Below, one piece after another: positions 47,028-56,436 of a stretch of 64,000 nucleotides of DNA. This DNA is from Methylocella sp. (lineage in GTDB: Bacteria; Pseudomonadota; Alphaproteobacteria; Rhizobiales; Beijerinckiaceae), in NCBI GenBank assembly GCA_050728655.1, contig JBOHJQ010000001.1, positions 7,146 to 71,145 of the forward strand. Reading direction: 5' to 3'. The notes under the pieces were generated by a model, which ran no database searches, had not been told where the DNA came from, and saw only the letters and a list, made by a program, of their open reading frames with translations. The first letter of the stretch is position 1. The number at the start of each line of letters is the position of its first letter. Made by a program: the position numbers and the translations under genes.

Positions 47028-50000
47028 CTACCGGAACTCCCGCGTCTTCAACTTGATCGTGTCGATGTGGAGACCGGGAATGGGGATGCCGCGCGGCTCC
47101 AGGCTCGTTGACGGCAGGCTGCGCGGATCAAGGCCAGGACTGCTATGGTGCAATTCATCGCCGCGCCCGTGCGGCATGGGGAAGGCAGCGTCGCGGCCGC
47201 CGACGCTCGCCAGCGCGTCCGACAGATCGGTCACCCGGTGAGCGACGAGATGGACGACCTCGCCCTCGCGCTGGATGCGGCCATTGACCGCCATCATCCT
47301 GGCCGAGAGAATAATCCGGCGCTGCTTCTCGAACACCTTCGGCCAGATGACCAGGTTGGCGATGCCGGTCTCGTCCTCGATGGTGATGAACATGACGCCT
47401 TTCGCCGAGCCCGGCATTTGCCGCACAAGCACGAGGCCGGCGGTTTTTAGCCAGCGGCCGTCGCGGGCCTGCATCGCCTCGGCGCAGGTGACCATGTGCT
47501 GGCGGCGCAGATCTCCGCGCAGGAAGGCAACGGGGTGGTTACGCAGACTCAGCCCGACATGGCCATAGTCCTCGACCACCTCGCCGCCGGCGGTCATGGG
47601 GCGTAGCGCCACCGTTGGCTCTTGGGCCTCCGGCACGGCTGCCGCCTCGCGGGCCGAGGCGGCCGCAAAGAGCGGCAGCGGCTCGTCGCGCAACGCCTTG
47701 ATCGCCCACAGCGTCTCGCGCCGCGTGAGCCGCATTGAGGGCCGAAAGGCGTCGGCCTCGGCGAGCCGCACGAGCGATGCGACCGCAACACCAGCGCGGC
47801 GCCAGAGATCGTCGACCGACGCGAAGGGCTGGTCCGCCCGCGCACTGATGATGGCGGCGGTTTCGTGATTGGCAAGGCCGCGCACCATGCGCAGGCCGAG
47901 CCTGACGGCGAAGCGGTTCTCCCTCTCCGTCGGCTCCAGCGTGCAATCCCAACGCGAGGCATTCACGCAGACCGGCCGAACATCGACGCCATGATCGCGC
48001 GCATCGCGCACAATCTGGGCTGGTGCGTAAAAGCCCATCGGCTGCGCGTTCAATAGCGCCGCGCAGAAGACATCCGGGTGATGGCATTTGAGCCAAGACG
48101 AGGCATAGGCGATCAGCGCGAACGAGGCCGCGTGGCTTTCCGGAAATCCGTAACTCCCAAACCCTTCGAGCTGCTTAAAAGTCTTCTCGGCGAAATCACG
48201 TTCGTAGCCATTGACGACCATGCCGGAGACCAGCTTGTCGCGGAATTTCGAGACGCCGCCGGTATGTTTGAAGGTTGCCATGCTCCGTCTGAGCTGGTCG
48301 GCTTCGCTCGGGGTGAAGCCGGCGCATTCGATGGCGACGCGCATCGCCTGCTCCTGAAAGAGCGGGACCCCCAAGGTCTTGCCCAGCACCTTCTCCAGCT
48401 CGGGCTTGGGATAGGCCACCTCCTCCTTGCCTTCGCGCCGGCGGAGATAAGGATGGACCATGTCGCCCTGGATCGGGCCCGGCCGGACGATCGCCACCTC
48501 GATGACGAGGTCGTAGAAGGTGCGCGGCTTAATCCGCGGCAGCATCGCCATCTGGGCGCGGCTCTCGATCTGGAAGACGCCGAGCGTGTCGGCCTTGCGG
48601 ATCATGGCATAGGTGCGCAAATCCTCCGCCGGGACGGAGGCGAGGTCGAGCGCGATCCCCTTGTGCTCGGCGAGCAAATCGAGACCGCGCTTCATGCAGG
48701 AGAGCATCCCGAGCGCAAGGCAATCGACCTTCATGAAGCGCAGCGCGTCGATGTCGTCCTTGTCCCATTCGATCACTTGACGGTCCTTCATCGCGGCAGG
48801 CTCGATCGGGACGAGCTCGTCGAGCCGGTCGTGGGTGAGGACGAAGCCGCCGGGATGCTGCGAGAGATGGCGCGGCGTGCCGATCAGCTCGCGGGCGAGA
48901 TCCAAAGCGAGACGCAGGCGCCGGTCGCCGAGATTGAGGTTCAGATCCTCGGCGTGCTTCGCCTCGATGCCTTGTTCCGGCCAGCCCCAGACCTGTGAGG
49001 ACAGCATTTTGGTGAGGTCCTCGGGCAACCCGAGCGCCTTGCCGACGTCACGGAGTGCGCCCTTGGTGCGATAGCGGATGACGGTCGAGCAGAGCGCTGC
49101 ATGGTCGCGGCCATAGGTATCAAACACCCATTGCATGACGATCTCGCGCCGCTCGTGCTCGAAATCGACATCGATATCGGGCGGCTCGCGCCGCTCTTCC
49201 GAGACGAAGCGCTCGAACAAAAGATCGTTGCGCTCAGGGTCGATCGAGGTGATGCCGAGCACATAGCAGATGGCGCTGTTGGCGGCCGAGCCGCGGCCCT
49301 GACAGAGGATGTCCTGGCCGCGGGCGAAACGGACAATCGCATTCACCGTCAGGAAGTATGGCGCATAGCCGAGCTTCTCGATGAGGCGCAGCTCGTGGGT
49401 GAGGATGGCGGCGACCTTGCCGGGCACGCCCTCGGGATAGCGCGCGGCGGCGCCTTCAAAGGTCAGCTTTTCGAGCGCCTGCTGCGGCGTGAGGCCGGGC
49501 ATAGTGCGCTCTTCGGGATATTGATAGGCAAGCTCGTCGAGCGAGAAGCGGCAGCGCTCGGCGATTTCAATCGTGCGGGCCAGCGCCTCGGGATAGCGGT
49601 CGAAAAGCCGGGCCATCTCGTCCGGCGGTTTCAGATAGCGGTCGGCATGGCGCTCGCGGCGAAACCCGGCCTCGTCGATGCTGCAATTGTGCCGGACGCA
49701 GGTCACCACATCCTGCAGGATGCGCCGCGCCGGGACATGGAAGAGGACATCGTTGGTGACGACGGTGGGGACGCCCGCCCGCGCCGCCATGGTCGACAGC
49801 TCATAGAGCCGCAGCGAATCGTTCGGCCGCCGGCGCAAGGTCAAGGCCAGATAGGCGCGGTCGCCGAAAGCATCCTTGAGGCGGCGAAGGTGCAACGCGC
49901 AGATATCGTCCGCCGCATCGGGGATAAGGACCGCGATCAGGCCCTCGCCATAAGTGGCGACATCGGACCAATCGAGCCGGCATTGCGCCTTGCCGCCGCG

Positions 50001-50303
50001 CTTCTTGCCGAGCGAAAGCAGCCGGCAAAGCCGCGCGTAAGCGGGCCGGCCGGTTGGATAGACGAGGACGGACATGCCATCAGCGAGATCGACGCGGCAG
50101 CCCACGATCAGGCGCACGCCTGTCGTCTTGGCGGCTTCATGGGCGCGAACGATGCCAGCAAAACTGTTGCGGTCGGTGATCGCGAGCGCCTCGAGACCGA
50201 GTCGAGTAGCCTCGGCGAATAATTCCTCGCAGGAGCTCGCTCCACGAAGAAAGCTGAAATGCGAGGTGCATTGCAGCTCCACGTAATGTCCGCCGCCGGT
50301 CAT
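47028..50303 (-). CDS. dnaE2: Error-prone DNA polymerase III alpha-like subunit DnaE2 (ImuC)
   Basis: The 1091-aa ORF starts with a PHP domain ([17 protein letters not shown]). Pol III alpha core motifs include [13 protein letters not shown] and FQIESRAQM. It sits downstream of imuA-imuB with a 4-nt start/stop overlap. Confidence 0.95.
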   Translation of the reverse strand: MTGGGHYVELQCTSHFSFLRGASSCEELFAEATRLGLEALAITDRNSFAGIVRAHEAAKTTGVRLIVGCRVDLADGMSVLVYPTGRPAYARLCRLLSLGKKRGGKAQCRLDWSDVATYGEGLIAVLIPDAADDICALHLRRLKDAFGDRAYLALTLRRRPNDSLRLYELSTMAARAGVPTVVTNDVLFHVPARRILQDVVTCVRHNCSIDEAGFRRERHADRYLKPPDEMARLFDRYPEALARTIEIAERCRFSLDELAYQYPEERTMPGLTPQQALEKLTFEGAAARYPEGVPGKVAAILTHELRLIEKLGYAPYFLTVNAIVRFARGQDILCQGRGSAANSAICYVLGITSIDPERNDLLFERFVSEERREPPDIDVDFEHERREIVMQWVFDTYGRDHAALCSTVIRYRTKGALRDVGKALGLPEDLTKMLSSQVWGWPEQGIEAKHAEDLNLNLGDRRLRLALDLARELIGTPRHLSQHPGGFVLTHDRLDELVPIEPAAMKDRQVIEWDKDDIDALRFMKVDCLALGMLSCMKRGLDLLAEHKGIALDLASVPAEDLRTYAMIRKADTLGVFQIESRAQMAMLPRIKPRTFYDLVIEVAIVRPGPIQGDMVHPYLRRREGKEEVAYPKPELEKVLGKTLGVPLFQEQAMRVAIECAGFTPSEADQLRRSMATFKHTGGVSKFRDKLVSGMVVNGYERDFAEKTFKQLEGFGSYGFPESHAASFALIAYASSWLKCHHPDVFCAALLNAQPMGFYAPAQIVRDARDHGVDVRPVCVNASRWDCTLEPTERENRFAVRLGLRMVRGLANHETAAIISARADQPFASVDDLWRRAGVAVASLVRLAEADAFRPSMRLTRRETLWAIKALRDEPLPLFAAASAREAAAVPEAQEPTVALRPMTAGGEVVEDYGHVGLSLRNHPVAFLRGDLRRQHMVTCAEAMQARDGRWLKTAGLVLVRQMPGSAKGVMFITIEDETGIANLVIWPKVFEKQRRIILSARMMAVNGRIQREGEVVHLVAHRVTDLSDALASVGGRDAAFPMPHGRGDELHHSSPGLDPRSLPSTSLEPRGIPIPGLHIDTIKLKTREFR

Positions 50304-51913
50304 CCGAATATCCCGTGCAGGAACCAGCGATGCGCGCCGGTGGCGGGGTCATCGCCTCGTCGCCCCGCTCTCAACGCGTCTCTTCGTGCCGCTGCGCGGC
50401 AGCGACGCGTCTCGAAACGCGCGGCGTCCTCGCCATCGCCGGCGCGGTAGATCCAGAAGCGCTCGCCCGCCTCGTCCTCGATGCGGAAATAGTCGCGCAC
50501 CGCGGAGAGCTCGGCGTCGCGTTTCCACCATTCCCCGAAGACGCGCTCGGGGCCGTCGGCGCATTTCACGCGGCGACGCACGCCGCGCCAGGTAAAGCTG
50601 ACGGGCGGATGATCGGGCAGCAACGCAATCGTCTCGATCGGTTCCGGGGTCGGCAACAGGCGCGCGGGACGCGGCCAATGGTCCGGCCAAGGATCTGGCC
50701 AAGCCTCGCCGGTATTTGGCGCCGCCGGCGCGATCTTCTGAATCGAGCGTTCCGGCACATCGCTCGCGACCGGCGCGAAGCGGTAGAGCCGCTGTTCGCC
50801 AACGCGATTGGCGAGCGTGTCGATGAGGCCAGAGACATCCGCCTCCGGTTCCTCGGCCAGCGAGGAAATCGTCTGTTTTTGCGCGAGCGGCTCGGCGAGC
50901 GTGGCGGCAAGGCGCATGATCTCGATGCCAAAACCCGGATCGATGGTTTCCATCTTATCGCGGAGGAGCCGGGTCAGACGCTTCACATCGCGCACCGGCA
51001 GCGCCGTCCCGATCCGGATGGCCTCGATGCGGTTGTCGACGCGATGAAAGAGAAGGTCGAGGCGCCGCGCGCCGAGGCCTTTGGCCTCGAGCATCTCACA
51101 AAGTTGGGTGACCAGCTTGGCCGTGATGCGAGCGATTGTCTCGGGAGCGCTAATCGGCTCGGCGAAGACGCGGCGAACCTCGATGCGGCTTGGCGGGCGA
51201 ACCGGGTCAATCGGCTCGCTTAAGGATCCCATGGCCTGATCGAGGCGGCGGCCAAGCTCGGGACCGAAGCGCAAGGCGAGCGGCGCGCGGGGTTTTGCCG
51301 CCAGTTCGCCGATCCGCTCGAAGCCGAGGACGGACAAGTCCTCCACTATAGTTTGGGGCAGGCGAAGGGCGGCGATGGGCAGGTCGAGAATAGCCTTCGC
51401 GCTTTCCCCCTTCGGAACGACGAGAGTGGGCCGCGCCATAGTGCGGGCAAAGGCATGGGCGGCGCCCCAGCAGTCGGCGAGCGCCGCGCGGGCGGAGAAG
51501 CCCGATGCGGCAAGCTGGTCGACCATCCCTTTCAGCATGGCGTCTTCACCGCCATGAAGATGCGCGGCGCCGGTCGTGTCGATCACCAGCCCGTCCGGCG
51601 GATCGGCGGCGGCGATCGGCGCGTAATGCCGCAGGGCCCAGAGAGCGAGCCGGTCGAGGGCTTTCGCGTCGGCGGCAGGCTCCGCGTCCTTGACGATGAG
51701 CCCGGGCACCAGTGCCTGCGCCTTGGTCGCCGGCATGCCGGCGCGCAAGCCCGCGCGCCGCGCGGCCGCGTCCAGGGCCAGCACCACCCGCCGCCTCCCC
51801 TCATGGCCAATCAGGACGAGCGGTGCCTCAGCCAGCGGCGCGGCGGCGCCCAATGTCCTTCTCAGCCGGTCCGTGGACCAGGTCGGAAAGAAGAGCGAGA
51901 CGACCCTTGGCAT
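50300..51913 (-). CDS. imuB: ImuB, Y-family polymerase-like protein of the mutagenesis cassette
   Basis: The start [19 protein letters not shown] is the typical ImuB N-terminus. The gene sits between imuA and dnaE2. The track ORF begins 9 codons earlier at 51940. Confidence 0.9.
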   Translation of the reverse strand: MPRVVSLFFPTWSTDRLRRTLGAAAPLAEAPLVLIGHEGRRRVVLALDAAARRAGLRAGMPATKAQALVPGLIVKDAEPAADAKALDRLALWALRHYAPIAAADPPDGLVIDTTGAAHLHGGEDAMLKGMVDQLAASGFSARAALADCWGAAHAFARTMARPTLVVPKGESAKAILDLPIAALRLPQTIVEDLSVLGFERIGELAAKPRAPLALRFGPELGRRLDQAMGSLSEPIDPVRPPSRIEVRRVFAEPISAPETIARITAKLVTQLCEMLEAKGLGARRLDLLFHRVDNRIEAIRIGTALPVRDVKRLTRLLRDKMETIDPGFGIEIMRLAATLAEPLAQKQTISSLAEEPEADVSGLIDTLANRVGEQRLYRFAPVASDVPERSIQKIAPAAPNTGEAWPDPWPDHWPRPARLLPTPEPIETIALLPDHPPVSFTWRGVRRRVKCADGPERVFGEWWKRDAELSAVRDYFRIEDEAGERFWIYRAGDGEDAARFETRRCRAAARRDALRAGRRGDDPATGAHRWFLHGIFG

Positions 51914-52589
51914 CGCAAGCCTCCACTTCAAAATCGGCACTTTCCCCGGCGCGGCAGCGGATCAATTCGAGCCGCCATCGGGCGCGTCCAACGCCGGGAA
52001 CAGGCAAGGGGGTGGCGGGGAGTGCGCTGACCCGCCAGCGGGTGACGGACGCCGTCGGCTGTCCGAAGTCGGCGGCCTCGGTGTGACGCCGCCAGCGGCG
52101 GATGGCGATGCCGATGGCGCCGGAGCTTTCGGCGGCAAGCTGAAGACGGCGGGAGGCCGTCATCGAGAGCCGGGCCACTTCTGCTACGACGGCGCCGAGC
52201 CCGCCGTGCCGCAAGCCCTCCTCGAAACAGACGAGGACCGAGGTCTCGTCGCCCGCCTCGACATAGATCACGCGATCGGGCAATAACCCTGCTTGCGCGA
52301 GGGCCGGGGCGAAAAGGTCCGGGCGCGTGATGCACCAGAGCACAAGGCCGGGTGTCCGCGCGGCGATTCCCGCCGCAAAGAGCGCCGCGGCGGCAGCGTC
52401 GATCGCGCCATGGCCGCCGCCTGCCACCTCATGCAGCGCGCCAAGCGCCAAGCCGCCTCCCGGCAGATGCCGGTCGATCGCCTTGATGCCGAAGGGCAGC
52501 ACGGTTCGCCGGCGTGCGGCCGCGCCCTCGAGGCGAAGGATGCGCTCTCGAAGCTCCTCGACAATAGGAAGGCCAGCAGACGTCCTCAT
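51828..52589 (-). CDS. imuA: ImuA (RecA/SulA-like) protein of the mutagenesis cassette
   Basis: GGLALGALHEV, a RecA-fold-like core, first gene of the cassette, with a LexA box 31-45 nt upstream. Confidence 0.85.
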   Translation of the reverse strand: MRTSAGLPIVEELRERILRLEGAAARRRTVLPFGIKAIDRHLPGGGLALGALHEVAGGGHGAIDAAAAALFAAGIAARTPGLVLWCITRPDLFAPALAQAGLLPDRVIYVEAGDETSVLVCFEEGLRHGGLGAVVAEVARLSMTASRRLQLAAESSGAIGIAIRRWRRHTEAADFGQPTASVTRWRVSALPATPLPVPGVGRARWRLELIRCRAGESADFEVEACDAKGRLALLSDLVHGPAEKDIGRRRAAG

Positions 52590-52619
52590 GTCCTTGGCAA
52601 CGGGCTCGGAAGATGCTAT

Positions 52620-52634
52620 GTTCCCTATTTGTTC
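52620..52634. promoter_or_regulatory. Alphaproteobacterial LexA (SOS) box, GTTC-N7-GTTC
   Basis: GTTCCCTATTTGTTC lies immediately upstream of imuA (ATG at 52589). This direct-repeat motif is the established LexA operator of Alphaproteobacteria. Confidence 0.7.
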
Positions 52635-52651
52635 TCATTATGCCAAGAGAG

Positions 52652-52995
52652 TCAACTGGAGTCTGATGGAAGGGGTGGCGCGGCGATCTGTCTCGCTGAC
52701 TGACCGATGCCTCTCAGGTTCTCGGAGACGTCGAGATAGGCCTCATCAAGCGACAACGGCTCGATAATTGGCGTATGTTCGGTGAAAATCTCGCGGATCT
52801 GGAGCGATACCGCCTTGTCGACGTCGAACCGCGACGTCATGAAGATCCGGCCGGGCATCTGCGCATTGCCGCCGCGGATGGCATTGCGGAGCGCATCCCG
52901 AACGTCCTTGCCTCGTAGCTTGCGGCGCCGCCGCCGCCCCGCTCGCGCGAACCACCGACTGCAACGGGCTTGCCACGCAGCTCGGGATTGTCGCG
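52652..52995 (-). pseudogene. dinB: DNA polymerase IV (dinB) remnant: 5'- and 3'-truncated and frameshifted
   Basis: Two frames give [48 protein letters not shown], then after a frameshift RFDVDKAVSLQIREIFTEHTPIIEPLSLDEAYLDVSENL. Both match the DinB N-terminal ~110 aa. The first ~15 and the last ~250 codons are absent. Confidence 0.75.
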
Positions 52996-53088
52996 CTTTC
53001 GGCTTAGGTTTGGGCTCTTGCGACAGGTCTTAAACCGAACGGCGGAATATGCTAACTTTATTGGTCTTCCCGGCGCCGGAATGCCGCC

Positions 53089-53346
53089 ATGTGGAAAAAG
53101 ATTTGGGAGTTTTTCCTAGACGAAAAGAACCAGAGGATGCTGACCTTGATCGGCGGCGGTGTCGCTGTCGTCGTTGGAGCGCTCTGGACGGCCTACGTTT
53201 ATTTCTTCCCGGCGCCCGAGGCGAAGCCGAGTCCTCCCCAACACAGGATCGAAGCCGATTGCGGCAGCGTCGCCATCGGCGGCGATGTGTCGGGCGCGAC
53301 GATCACGGCGGGCAGCAGCAACGACTGCCCGAAGCGAGGGCGATGA
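53089..53346 (+). CDS. Small single-pass membrane protein sharing a GSVAIGGDV motif with the downstream TPR protein
   Basis: [40 protein letters not shown] (TM helix), then [21 protein letters not shown]. Its stop lies 1 nt before the ATG of the next gene (TGAgATG). Confidence 0.55.
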   Translation: MWKKIWEFFLDEKNQRMLTLIGGGVAVVVGALWTAYVYFFPAPEAKPSPPQHRIEADCGSVAIGGDVSGATITAGSSNDCPKRGR

Positions 53347-53347
53347 G

Positions 53348-55888
53348 ATGGGCAGTATCGTCCGTGCCTTCGGCCTTGTCCTCGCGCTGGCTTTCGCGCG
53401 GGGGGCCCCGAACGCTTGGGCGCAGGAGCGGCCTCCGGTTCACGCCGAGCAGGGCAGTGTCGCGATCGGTGGCAATGTAACGAACAGCATGATCGGCGTC
53501 CCTCCCGACAAGGTCGAGGAATTGGTGCGGCTCAGGACGAAGCCGCTCGAAGATTTGTCAGAGTCGCAAAAGGACACCATCGCGCTTTTGAAGGACAAAC
53601 TTGATCTCAACCAGCGCCAGGTCAAAAGCGCGCTGGAGATTTTGGGCGAAGCCGATGTGCCGCCCGAACGGCTCGCGGCGAAGCTTGCCGAGATCGCCGG
53701 GAAATATAAGGAGCTGCAAATGGCGGCGGCGGCGCAACCCGGCGACGACGCGAAAATCACCGCCTTGAAGGCGGAGGCGCAAAAGGCGATTGCCGATGGG
53801 CAACTCGGCAAGGCCGACGAAATTTTGGTCGCGATCGAAAAAATCCAATCCGAAGCGTTGGACCGGCTGGCGCTGAATGCCGCGCAAACCACCGCTCAGC
53901 GCGGCGACGTGGCCTTGACCCGGTTGCGCTACGTCGATGCAGCCAAGCGCTTCGCCGACGCGGCGGCAAAAGTGCCGGCGGGGCATGAAGACGAACGCTG
54001 GAAATACCTTAACGAAGAGGCCAGTGCTCTCTACCGGCAAGGCGAGGAATTTGGCGACAACGCAGCCGCGCAGTCGGCGATCGAACGCTTGCAGCAGCTT
54101 GTCGAGCTAAGGCCCCGCAAAGCTTTTCCGCATGACTGGGCCGCGACCGAGAACGATCTTGGCAACGCATTCTTGGCGCTCGGGGAGCGGGAAAATGGGA
54201 CGGCGCAGCTGGAAGAGGCGGTCGCCGCTTATCATGAGGCGCTGAAGGAATGGACGCGCGAACGCGCGCCGCTCGATTGGGCGACGGCGCAAAACAATCT
54301 GGGTCTTGCCCTTTGGGCCCTCGGAGAGCGCGAATCCGGAACGACGCGGCTGGAGGAGGCGGTCACCGCGTTTCGCGACGTTTTGAAGGAGTGGACCCGA
54401 GATCGCGTCCCAGAAGACTGGGCTGTTACTGAGAATAATCTTGGCAATGCACTCATGCGGCTCGGAGAGCGGGAAAGTGGGACCGCGCAGCTGAACGAGG
54501 CCATCACCGCTTTTCGCGCGGCGCTGAACGAAAATACCCGCGAGTCCGCGCCGCTCGATTGGGCCATGACCCAGAACAATCTGTGTAATGCGCTTCGTAG
54601 TCTTGGAGAGCGCGAGGGCGGACCGGCGCGGCTGGAGGAAGCGGTCGCCGCCTGTCGTGAGGCAATGAAAGAACGGACCCGTGAGCGGCTGCCGCTCGAT
54701 TGGGCCATGACCCAGACCAACCTGGGAAATGCGCTCATGCGTCTCGGCGAGAGGGAAAGCGACGCGGCGCGGCTGGAGGAGGCCGTCGCCGCCTATCGCG
54801 AGGCTCTAAAGGAAAGGACCCGCGAGCGGGTGCCGCTTGATTGGGCCGCGAGCCAGAACAATCTGGGCGCCGCGCTCGAGACCCTTGGCGCGCGGGAGAG
54901 CGGGACGGCGCGGCTTGAGGAGGCCGTTGCCGCCTATCGCGAGGCTCTAAAGGAAAGGACCCGCGAGCGGGTGCCGCTCATTTGGGCCAAGACCCAGAAC
55001 AATCTAGGTGCTGCGCTCGCGACCCTTGGCGGGCGCGAGAGCGAGACCGCGCGGCTGGAGGAGGCTGTCCTCGCTTTTCGCGAGACTCTGAACGAATTTA
55101 CCCGTGACCGCGTGCCGCTTGATTGGGCCAAGGCCCAGATTAATTTGGGCAACACGCTTCGATCCCTCGGAGACCGCGAGTTGGGGACGGCGCGGCTGGA
55201 CGAGTCCGTCACCGCTTTTCGCGAGGCGTTGAAGGAAAACACCCGCGAGCGTGTGCCGCTCGAATGGGCCAAGACCAAGACCAATCTGGGCAATGCGCTT
55301 CGAACCCTTGGCGAGCGGGAGAGTGGAACAGCGCGGTTGAAAGAGGCGATCGCCGCATATCGGGAGGCGCTCACGGAACAGCCCCGCGATCGTGTGCCGC
55401 TCGATTGGGCGGGGACCGAGACCAATCTGGGTAAGGCGCTTCGAACCCTCGGCGAGCGGGAAGGCAGGGCGGCGGAGCTGGAAGAGGCGATCACCCTTAT
55501 TCGCGAGGCGCTTGCCGAACAGCCCCGCGACCGCATGCCGCTCGACTGGGCCTCTACCCAGACCAATTTGGGCAACGCGCTTCGAACCCTTGGCGAGCGC
55601 GAGAGTGGGACATCGCTGCTGGAGGAGGCCGTCACCGCTTTTCGTGGCGCCCTGGAGGAAAGGACCCGCGAGCGCGTGCCGCTCATGTGGGCGCAGACGC
55701 AAGAAAAACTGGCCTTGGTCCATCTTGCCTATTTCAAAAAAATCCGCGAGCCCCGCCATCTCGACGAAGCCCTCGAAGATGTCGGCGGAGCTCTCGAAGA
55801 ATATCGTAAGGCCAAGGCCGCTTTCTACATCAAGAGGGCCGAGCGCGTCCGTGCGCGGACCCTCGCGTCCAGAACTGCAAAATTTTGA
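53348..55888 (+). CDS. Secreted TPR-like repeat protein (signal peptide, helical N-terminal region, twelve 47-aa repeats)
   Basis: The start is at MGSIVRAFGLVLALAFARGAPNAWAQE (signal-like) with GAGGG 9 nt upstream. QGSVAIGGNVTNSMIGVPPDKVEELVR follows. The repeats have the consensus RERVPLDWA.TQNNLGNAL..LGERESGTARLEEAVAAYREALKERT. The track start 53159 overlaps the small ORF out of frame. Confidence 0.85.
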   Translation: MGSIVRAFGLVLALAFARGAPNAWAQERPPVHAEQGSVAIGGNVTNSMIGVPPDKVEELVRLRTKPLEDLSESQKDTIALLKDKLDLNQRQVKSALEILGEADVPPERLAAKLAEIAGKYKELQMAAAAQPGDDAKITALKAEAQKAIADGQLGKADEILVAIEKIQSEALDRLALNAAQTTAQRGDVALTRLRYVDAAKRFADAAAKVPAGHEDERWKYLNEEASALYRQGEEFGDNAAAQSAIERLQQLVELRPRKAFPHDWAATENDLGNAFLALGERENGTAQLEEAVAAYHEALKEWTRERAPLDWATAQNNLGLALWALGERESGTTRLEEAVTAFRDVLKEWTRDRVPEDWAVTENNLGNALMRLGERESGTAQLNEAITAFRAALNENTRESAPLDWAMTQNNLCNALRSLGEREGGPARLEEAVAACREAMKERTRERLPLDWAMTQTNLGNALMRLGERESDAARLEEAVAAYREALKERTRERVPLDWAASQNNLGAALETLGARESGTARLEEAVAAYREALKERTRERVPLIWAKTQNNLGAALATLGGRESETARLEEAVLAFRETLNEFTRDRVPLDWAKAQINLGNTLRSLGDRELGTARLDESVTAFREALKENTRERVPLEWAKTKTNLGNALRTLGERESGTARLKEAIAAYREALTEQPRDRVPLDWAGTETNLGKALRTLGEREGRAAELEEAITLIREALAEQPRDRMPLDWASTQTNLGNALRTLGERESGTSLLEEAVTAFRGALEERTRERVPLMWAQTQEKLALVHLAYFKKIREPRHLDEALEDVGGALEEYRKAKAAFYIKRAERVRARTLASRTAKF
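54110..55801 (+). repeat. Tandem array of 12 x 141 bp (47 codons) inside the TPR gene
   Basis: The conserved Trp codon recurs at 54137 + 141k for k = 0..11. I checked positions 54137, 54278 and 55688 directly. Units 5 and 6 share a 50-nt identical stretch (54788-54837 = 54929-54978). The last unit is degenerate. Confidence 0.9.
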
Positions 55889-55903
55889 GACAGAGGCCGG
55901 TTC

Positions 55904-56179
55904 TCAGCTGCAACCCGGGATGCGGCGATAAGCTACGATAGTGCCGTGCGTGTCGACGACCGGTTTGAAGCAGTTGCTGCTCACCGCCCGGCCAGTCGCG
56001 CCGCTGTCGAGGATAAGAGGCGGCGGACCACCGGGGTGGCCATGCATACCGCCGCCGCCCCTACCGCCGCCACCGCCGCCGCCGCCCCCAGCTAAAGCTG
56101 GCACGGGCATCGCGGCGACGCACATGCTAAGGATAATGGCTGCGAAGCTGGCCGCCAGGGGATTGCGAAAATTGGTCAT
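55904..56179 (-). CDS. Small secreted poly-Gly protein
   Basis: GGAGG sits ~7 nt upstream of the ATG. The signal-like N-terminus is MTNFRNPLAASFAAIILSMCVAAMPVPALA, followed by GGGGGGGGGRGGGGMHGHPGGPPP and a two-Cys C-terminal part. Confidence 0.62.
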   Translation of the reverse strand: MTNFRNPLAASFAAIILSMCVAAMPVPALAGGGGGGGGGRGGGGMHGHPGGPPPLILDSGATGRAVSSNCFKPVVDTHGTIVAYRRIPGCS

Positions 56180-56436
56180 TACTTTCCTCCCTCATTCGAT
56201 GTTTGGACATTATTGTATTTGAGGAGCACCCCGCGCCCCCTGATTGGGGGGCACCCCTGCGCCCCTGCCCGCACAGGAACGGCGAAGGCGATTTCTTTAA
56301 CAGCTGTGATGAAAACGGTGGGACAGCCGTTTTATTTCTTCCGATCCAAAAAGGCTGCGACTATTTGGGATCATGCTCTGGGTTGATCGCGCGGGCTTCG
56401 ATCGCTATGACAGCGCTCCCACATAGGAATAAGGTC

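Noticed and set aside
48078-50222. Plus-strand ORFs 48078-48998 (306 aa) and 49101-50222 (373 aa).
   Set aside because: They are antisense to dnaE2.
50315-52030. Plus-strand ORFs 50315-51223 (302 aa) and 51353-52030 (225 aa).
   Set aside because: They are antisense to imuB.
54232-55759. Minus-strand ORFs 54232-54738 (168 aa), 54934-55686 (250 aa) and 55004-55759 (251 aa). I also considered whether the periodic repeats could be a CRISPR-like array.
   Set aside because: The ORFs are antisense products of the 141-bp coding repeats (periodic SRSPR/ALPRL strings). The array has no unique spacers and is one continuous sense ORF, so it is not a CRISPR.
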